Shown: positions 56,064-64,000 of the stretch, in pieces
Layout of the letters: every line of letters starts with the position of its first letter
Position numbering within the stretch: position 1 is the stretch's first letter
Assembly (NCBI GenBank): GCA_050084515.1
Contig: CM114271.1
Span: 48,236,001 to 48,300,000 of the forward strand
Direction: 5' to 3'
Source: Blasia pusilla
Taxonomy: Eukaryota
DNA: 64,000 nt
Made by a program: the position numbers and the translations under genes
The notes under the pieces: generated by a model
What the model was told of the DNA's origin: nothing
Databases searched by the model: none
Seen by the model: only the letters and a program-made list of their open reading frames with translations

Positions 56064-56594
56064 TTAATACGGGTGAGATACATTGTCGTTGCGATGGCCT
56101 GGCAGCACGGTATTATGGACCTTTTCTCCCACACCAGGCTCACTACCGTATCCCGTGCCAGTTGATCCTGCTTGTGCAGTGCCCCCGTGACCTGTGTTGA
56201 TCTGCGCACCGGCCGGAACATGAGGGGCGGTCGTTCCGTGATTTCCGGGAAGATAATCTTTGATCTTCTGCATCATGCTCTCCTTTTGGGGCTGCGCCCC
56301 GGTGGTCGCTGTATCCAACGCGGGAGAATAAGTCCCGGCCGCACGGTCGCCCGTCGGCCCAACACCACCGTGCGTTCCAATCTGACCAACACCACCGTGC
56401 GTTCCAGTCGGACCAACACCACCCTGCGTTCCAGTCGCACCGACGGTTGTGTGTGATCGAGTTGCTTCCGCGTCGGTGTGCGTTCCTGCGGTGTCGTGGT
56501 GGCCGGTGAGCTTATCTTTCAGGTCCACCGCCATCGTCTTCACCTTCTCCGTCATGGTGGGTTTGTGATCGGACGGGTACTGATTCGACGCCAT
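56064..56594 (-). CDS. Dehydrin (group 2 LEA)-like protein, 176 aa
   Basis: Intact ORF rich in Gly, Thr and His. K-segment QKESMMQKIKDYLPG, plus degenerate K-like DLKDKLTG and GVGEKVHNTVLPG. 9-aa GTHGGVGPT-type repeats. Confidence 0.85.
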   Translation of the reverse strand: MASNQYPSDHKPTMTEKVKTMAVDLKDKLTGHHDTAGTHTDAEATRSHTTVGATGTQGGVGPTGTHGGVGQIGTHGGVGPTGDRAAGTYSPALDTATTGAQPQKESMMQKIKDYLPGNHGTTAPHVPAGAQINTGHGGTAQAGSTGTGYGSEPGVGEKVHNTVLPGHRNDNVSHPY

Positions 56595-56848
56595 ACTGAT
56601 CGATCAGCCTCTCCCTCGAAGATATATGGGGACGGGAACGACTATTGCCTATCGGCCTCTCTCGAACCGAAGACTATCTAACTCCGACTCTGAAACTTGA
56701 CCCGGCTCGCGATGTTTCGAGATGCGCTCTTGAACAGGGAGGAGACGAAAGCAGCTAATGAGAATTGATTAGGAAGTCGACGTGGGAGTGCAACAACTGA
56801 CTGAGTGTATGATGGAAATGTGTTGCGGTTGTGAGTCGAATTTGGCGG

Positions 56849-56930
56849 TTTTATACAGCAGAAGATCAGCAGAAGATCAATGATAGATGAGCGGAGCAAT
56901 CTGGCTTTTTTCCTGCGGAGATGACACGTG
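56849..56930 (-). promoter_or_regulatory. Putative dehydrin promoter: TATA box and ABRE
   Basis: Minus-strand TATAAAA at 56849-56855 and CACGTGTC at 56923-56930. A further G-box CACGTG lies at about 57319-57324. Confidence 0.5.
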
Positions 56931-58089
56931 AATTACCCTCCAACGAAAAGTCGAAAGGTGTAATATGCTCGATATCGATGCGGGCCATTCTTCACTGTCT
57001 CGGATTCTTGGTAACAGGTGCCTTCGTGCATGGCTGGGACGTTTCCCAGACCTTGATGCGGAACCCCACTCCGCCCAACCAACCCGTTGGTGAGATCTGT
57101 AGACACAGTCGACAAACCGTCAGTCCAGCGCATAAGATCTTAGGGCTCCATCTGTCATCCTCCTGATAATCCACGAATTCCTAATTGCATCGTAACCGGA
57201 CAACTGTGCAAACTCGCTATCTTCCTCACAGCCGCAGGGTACGATTGACCCATGAGGAACTGACGCAATGGAGCTGGCGTACAAATGTCACTTTATAGCC
57301 TGTTTGATGTCGTGGCCACACGTGGGGATGGTCACGTTGTTTGCGCTCTATGCTAGGCGAAAGGAGACGTCTTTCGTTTAGAAGGAACATCTACCCATCA
57401 TCTATACTATAATGCGAGGAATGGGGTTATTTTTTGGAAAAAAAAATTCCCAAAGAAGTGAAGCCCTCCATAAATAATCATCTATAATGGTAGCTTAGCA
57501 AAAAAAGTTCAAAAAAAATCAAAATCAAATGTATGAGAAATCTTCCGTGGACTTCTATTTGAACCGAGGACTTCTATGTGAAGTTTTCCACCGGCTTATT
57601 TCTGAATGAGTCAAGTTTTTTCGGATTTTAATGGGACACTTGTCAGTTCATAAATAAAAGAGGAAGTGGCCAGCCGTATTAAGACACCTATGAACTCCCT
57701 AACTCTAACTGATTGCAAATAAATCATCCGCTCTACGTTGGAGTAGACTAACATAGGTGGTGGCAAAGTGGGGGCAGCGTCAAGAAGGTGGTGGTGAAGA
57801 AGGTGGTGGCAGAGTGGAGGTAGCGTCTAGGTGGTGGAAAATCTGGAATCGGCCAAAGAAGGTAAATTTCTCCCCAGGTCGGAATTGGTTTGGATTTTTT
57901 CTCTGTCCTCTTAGATTCTGCGTGGGCCTTCTCCATGTGACAGGGGGGAATTCAGAAGTTGTAAACTTGCTCACAAAATCTTCAAACAAGGTGGCTGCAA
58001 ACAAACTGCAAGAATTCGTGACTTGTTAGTGCAGGAATTACTTCCGTTCAGATCAGACTCACGTCAGATCAGACATGGTTCGCAAGCTC

Positions 58090-58781
58090 ATGATTTCACA
58101 TCTTTGGGAAAAAGCTTCTCAGCTCGAGGAATAACTTTCCAAAACACAGCCGGCCCCAGATTGCACCAGGCTATGGCTCTGTGCGTGGACGGTGATTTGG
58201 CTGCAATTGAAGATTGCAGCTTCGAAGGCTACCAGGACACCCTCTACGTATACACTGGACGTCAATTTTACACCAACTGCATAATTTTGGGAACAGTCCT
58301 CTTTGTTTTTGGAAACTCGGCTGCTTTGTTTCGAAGTTGTCAGCTGCTCGTGAGATCGGGTCGCGTTGACGCTCTGACGAGCGTATTGACGGCTCAAGGT
58401 CGGACCGATCTAGGCCAAAGCACACACTTGGTGTTTCAGAATTGCACCATTTCGGGCACGCCATATTACATGGAGGATCTTCACGAAAATCCGGCATCGC
58501 TTCAATCCTATCTCGGGCGGTCGTGGAAGAGGTTCTCCCGGACGATGTTCATCTACTCCTACTTGGACTCCGTGATATAACCTGAGGGATGGCTTGCCTG
58601 GGATGGAACTTTTGCATTGGATTCACTCTTCTACGGGGAGTATCAGTCGTGTGGCCTTGGAGCGGTTGCCGCCTCCAGAGTTCCGTGGTCCAACCAGCTC
58701 ACCTCCGACCAGGCCGATGCTTTCGGCATCGAGAGATTCATCCAAGGAAACCGTTGGCTTCCCTGCGCAAGGATTTCTTGA
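58090..58781 (+). pseudogene. Pectin methylesterase C-terminal exon fragment
   Basis: FSARGITFQNTAG, HQAMAL, GYQDTLY, RQFY, GTVLFVFGN (catalytic Asp lost), LGRSWK, an in-frame TAA at 58578, then PEGW...LFYGEY...RVPW. No N-terminal part. Confidence 0.9.
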
Positions 58782-59802
58782 TTTTCAAGAAAACAAACGC
58801 AGACACTCACATGCAATTTGATCTTGCGCATAGAGGAAAAGAGAGAGAGAGAGAGAGAGCGCGATGAAAGTAGAGTTGGAGAGGAGGGAATGCAGACAAT
58901 GACTTAGTCCAAGAGTGGCGTCTTAGAATTGGCTGAAGAGAAGTGGAAGTACGAAGCTTGCAACTACTACTTGTAGATGTGCCCCACGTGCTCCTTTTGC
59001 TGACAGCCTTCCAAGACAGACCGACTGACAGAGCGCTCTTTTCGACCCGCGACTCATTCGCTTCACCCGCAAGCTTTAGGGGCTCACGCAGACAACTTGA
59101 GACTCAAGAGTCCAAGAAGAAAGCGGCTTCGGTCCCACAATCCTCCTTAGGCTATGCCCTCGGAGTTCGGAGGAGCTCTGTTATGGACTCTGGAGCATGG
59201 AGCTACGGACAGTCGTGGAGGGAGGGAGTTGTTGCTCACCACTACATTGTTCTCGCAACGTGAGCAGTGCATGACAAACCTTCATGATCCCCTTCTTTCT
59301 AGCTCTTTCTTCCTAGCTTCAGAATCGAGGTTTCATCCTCTAGAACCCCTACGTTCATCCCTCAACTACCCGCAGCGACTACAAGAGCACCAAAACGCGA
59401 CCATCTCGTTTTGCCACGTATAGGTTACGTGGGTGACCTTTATCATCTGCCAGTGCCGCTAGAGGACGGGCAAGGGTGAAACATATTCCTGCTCGGAGTG
59501 GGACTCAAACCCGGTCCACTTGGCCCGCACTTCATGACTCGGCCTTACTCACATAGCCCTGCTATATGTCAAGAGCTAGGGGGACTTTGGGTTTTAGTTA
59601 TGAAAATCATTTTTTCTTATGCCCGGATTTGGCTCTCTTACAAATTTTATAGCGTTTTTATTATTTGAGTCTTATGAAATTATATTAGTAGTTATGTTTT
59701 TTTACTTGAAATATCTAATTTATATTGAAAATTTAATATGCTCTTTTTAAATTTGCAGTGAATAATATTGCCTATGCGGAGTGAGCCTAACTAGCCTACG
59801 CC

Positions 59803-62800
59803 ATGTCAACTCTCTCATCGAGATGCAAGAGGCCGATAATTGTGGAAGAAATTGTAATAAATACGAGTCCTCAATATTTGGTAGAGAGAGATGAACATAG
59901 ATTTTCATTATCTTGCTCAGAACGAAAACGAAAATTGTTTGATGTGGACCCTAAATTTTTTGCTCCTACTTCAAATGGTTTTAATGAGACTCGGGAGGTT
60001 AGAGAAGTCTCAATAGGCGAGGAAATTGTGATTACTCTCAATAGTAATGAGAGATACTCTGTAGATATTTGTCTTGGTCTTGACGATGGAGAATATTCCT
60101 CCACTTCCCTCTATGATTCCGAGGGATGGTATGTTGGTGATGAGTTCGACTTGGAATATAGGTGTATGGATTATGGGGATTTAGACATAAGTGCATATAG
60201 TCGAGATATTGGAGATAAGTAGCCTAGAGAGTACTATCTATTGTGTATATCCAATTAATCATCAAATCCATGTTCGTTTTGTTCTCAGATATGTCTGTTT
60301 GAGATTGTTGAGGTGAGCAAACGATCAAGTTTCATTTCTTTGGGAGTGGAGTGACTCAAAAAAGTAAGTCTTCTCTGCTTGTGTTCTAACATTCAGGTGT
60401 GGAGATTTAGTATCCTTTTCTATTGAGTATTTCTTTTATTATTTTGAAATATTTCTTTTATTAAAGTAATTGTGTGGATAATGCAAGATACTTTATAAAT
60501 GAGTGTTGAAAATTTACGCTTTAGCGATGGTGAGTTCTACGTTCCTCTTGATGAACAAGAAAGGGATTATACACCTATAGATGTCAACGTCGTAGAGGTG
60601 ATACAAATATCAAGTCCGGAGTATGTCCCATCGCCGATCGTTGAAAATAGGAATAATGCTTCAAGTCTTGGCTATGTTCCATCACCGATTTTTGAAAATA
60701 TGGATAAGGCTTTAAGTCCTAGCTATGTACCATTACCAATTTTCGAAAATGGGATTAATGCTCCTAATGTTAGCATAAGCCCTTTGAGAAATGGTCAGAG
60801 TTGTAGTTATGATGAGAGTGCATCTAGGATTCAACCACACCTGTGGTGAATCATCATTCTATTTCACAAGAAGTAGTTGGAGATCAGGAGGGAGAAGGAG
60901 ATACAGATTCCACACATGATTGCATCCCTTCCTCAGACCCTATAGCATCTAGCCATTCATTTGTACGTGATTGTTGCGGGTCGGGATCATGGGAAATTAG
61001 TGATTGTCATACAATTTGCTCTGAGGACTCAAGTGAGATGAGTACGGCCGAGTCTCATTTCCCGTTAGAATGATTTTCCTATTTCATATTTTTATAAAAA
61101 TTTTAGTTATGTGTAAATTCATTTTTTAATATAGATTATAATATTCACGGACCAAATCTTGAGTATAAATTTTTTTAACAAATTTTTCTCTTTTTTCTAT
61201 GATTTTTTTATATATTGACAATACATATTTTTGTCGGATGGTTGATATTGTCACAAGATGCATGAATCTCAAGAGGAACCATGGAGGCGAAATGAAAAAA
61301 GACCATTCGTAGACATCACCAATGTAGTCTCTTTACCTAATATGGAGCATGATCACCACATTTCATGTAGTGCTCCATCTTCTATACGGATTTCGGAGGA
61401 AACAGAGAAGCTTGCATATAAGAAGGCTAGAAGGGTTGCTTCTCAAAGAAACAGAAAGGCGCTTCAAGATATGCGATTTGTAACTCATTCAACGACTTTG
61501 TCATCTCCAATGTAAAGATACTTAGTATTATGATTATAGAATGATATCGTAACCATATGTACACACTCTAGATTTGTTGTGTGACTTTAATATCTTTCAT
61601 GTTTGTGATGTAGACTTCCAAATCCATCGAACCCGCAACGATTACGTGATATACATCAAATTGTGAGAGCTCAAGAACAAAAGCGAAGACATGCTAAATT
61701 AGTTGAATTGAGATCTATCGAAGTTGTTATGAATGTTCCTGCGATGGAAGAATTACTGCCACCCATCATTGATGGCTCAAGGCGCAAATACTATAAGATA
61801 TTTATTTATGTATAACATTTCTACTTTTTATTATAATAATAGTTACAATTTTCTTTTGTATTATGACTTTTTTTTTATTCTTTATTCAGGTTGGTAGCAA
61901 CACCTTCCAATGGAAATCTTCAATAGACACTACATCGTCTCCAATGTATGTTTCATCCACTCATTAATTTCTTATTTTTTATTGGTTTTTTTTAATTTGA
62001 TTTTTTTAATTTAATTATTTTGACTTGATTTTTATTAATATTTTTTTTCTCAGTCTTCCACTTCCGTCTAACCCTCGAGGATTACATGTTATGCTTCAAG
62101 TTGCACGAGCACAAGGCCAGAGAATAAGGCACAATCATTTGGCCCAAACGAATGTTTATCAATTGTCTGTGAATCTTCTTCCTAAAGAGGAAGTCGAGGC
62201 TATGACTACGAATGACTTTCATACTCAAGCTAATACAAGGTATGCTTTACATACTTTTATTATTGATGCTTCCTACTTGGTCTTAAATTTTTATGAATTA
62301 TTTTTAATGACAAATTTTTTTGCAGGCCAATTATGGTACATCATGAAGTTGAAGCTATTCCAAACTCTAGGATTGTGGTCTTACCATCTCCAATGTATAT
62401 TTCTAAACTATATACTCAAATTTAATATAGATATATTTGTATGTATATTTATTCTTATTATAATCATATATATTAATTTAACCTCTGCTTGCAGTCTTCC
62501 AGTTCCTACCAATCCTCTACGATTATCTCACATGCTTCAAGTTGCTCGAGCTGAGGGCCAAAGAAGAAGACATGCTCATTTGGATGAAGTATATGAGATT
62601 GCACATGTTGGCAATTTGTTGATAAGGAATGATGCCAATGGATCTGATCGTGAAGGCCACATGGAAGTGAATGAAGACAATGTACATGCCTCGATTCCAA
62701 ATGTGGGATCTAGAAGGGTTGTGAACTTGAAAAAGTTGTTCAATATTGCACGTATTCCTAACTTTGAAGAGAATCACATTCGAATTCTTAGGTTGGGAGA

Positions 62801-64000
62801 TCGTATTGATAATATGACTTGCCGTTTTAGTGTTGGACTTATGAATGTTATTTGTCCGACTTGCAATGCTCTACATTGAAAGTGTGAGAGAGTGAAGTAT
62901 ACTAGGTTTATAGGCTCGCCTTTTAGTATGTGTTGTGGGCATGGTAAGATTCAATTACCATATTTGATAGCTTCACCTTCTATACAAGCAGAATTACTTT
63001 CTAGTATGAGTTCAAATAGTCTTCATTTTTTGCGTAATGCACGTGCCTATAATAGTGCTCTTCAATTGGCATCTACTGGGGCACATGTGACAGAGCAACG
63101 AGGCGGTACAAGAAACTTCAGGATTCAAGGTGGTGTATATCATTCTATTTGACCTCTTCATGCTGAAAGTGGTGCTCCTCCACAATTCATGCAAATTTAT
63201 ATTCATGATGATAAGCATCAGATGGAACATAGAATAAGGATTATGAGTGGAGATTATCGGTATCAATTGAGGCCAGAGATCTTAAGGGGATTACAAGATA
63301 TGTTACATGCCCATAATCCATATGTGGCTTTATTTTGAAATGTGGCTATTGATCCATGTAATTCTGACTTTCATATTGTTCTTAAGGGTAGTAAGCGAGG
63401 TCTCGATGCAAAACGATACACCTTGCCTGTTGCTTCAGAGATTGCAGCTATCTTGACCGGAGATGGGAGTGAGCCAGTAGAAGGATGTGATATTATTGTT
63501 CGCTTACATGGAGGAGGGATTCATCGTTTGTCAGACTTGAATGAAGCATATATCCCATTGCACTTTGTTTTGCCTTTTGTTTATGGTGAAGCAGGTTGGC
63601 ATCCTGGGATACCTTTGCAAGTGCAACATGATCATAGAGATGATCTGCCGTTAAGAGGGGATGCTATGATGGACGAAGATAGAGATGATATTGTACAAGG
63701 AGGAATTCAAGGTGAGGTTACCACTCATGAGGCGAGTTCAAAGACCATTATAGCTTTACAATTTGCTTCATTCAGACTTCAAATGCGAGCTAACGCTATG
63801 GATAATAATCGGTTGTTGAGGTTTGGTCGTCTTACTCAAGAATATATGATGGATATGTATGCGACTATCGAAATGCAACGGCTAACTTGAATACGATTGC
63901 ATCAAAAAGAGTTGAGAGTTGATTTATACCAAGGTGTCAGAGATGCCATGACTCGGCATGATGTGAACGGTCAAGGCATAGGGAGACATATTATCTTACC
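59803..64000 (+). pseudogene. Helitron Rep/helicase gene, N-terminal exons and Helitron_like_N region
   Basis: CPTCNALH, FSMCCGHGKIQLP, RAYNSALQLASTG, FRIQGGVYH, QIYIHD, HNPYV, EIAAI, GEAGW and GRLTQEYMMDMYATIE. Several TGA stops. The upstream exons are uncertain. Confidence 0.85.

Larger units (their letters stand above)
57401..64000 (+). mobile_element. Helitron (5' part; continues beyond the window end)
   Basis: Candidate 5' end A|TCTATACTATAA at 57401, with a Rep/helicase N-terminal region downstream. The 5' boundary is inferred. Confidence 0.65.

Noticed and set aside
58023-58580. Functional PME gene
   Set aside because: It lacks the N-terminal part, has GTVDF changed to GTVLF, and carries an in-frame stop.
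59480-59560. B-box-like GGTTTGAGTCCC on the minus strand (tRNA or SINE?)
   Set aside because: No convincing cloverleaf or A-box could be built.

Overview
This is repeat-dense eukaryotic DNA, most likely from a non-seed land plant (inferred from the dehydrin, a pectin methylesterase fragment, spliceosomal introns and the TE types). It contains one apparently intact host gene, a dehydrin at 56064-56594 (-); most of the rest is nested transposons. The main system is a 12.6-kb Mutator-like (MULE) DNA transposon (15697-28333, 9-bp TSD TACCTTTAC, no real TIRs). It encodes a DDE+SWIM transposase and, divergently, an intron-containing cargo gene whose product has a ParB/Srx-like domain (FFIRDGNH[R]) and a C-terminal beta-class N6-adenine/N4-cytosine methyltransferase-like domain. 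Its non-coding DNA holds dozens of fixed-spacing palindromes, GCAACCCG-N11-CGGGTTGC. A second partial copy (1-7432) and a terminal fragment (46840-47466) are also present. Other elements: two tandem LINEs sitting in (CT)n tracts, a retroelement remnant with a C5 cytosine methyltransferase domain, degenerate Copia and chromovirus-type Gypsy elements, CACTA remnants, a 425-bp near-perfect hairpin, and a Helitron apparently carrying a PME gene fragment. All domain calls come from motifs recognised by eye; no searches were run.
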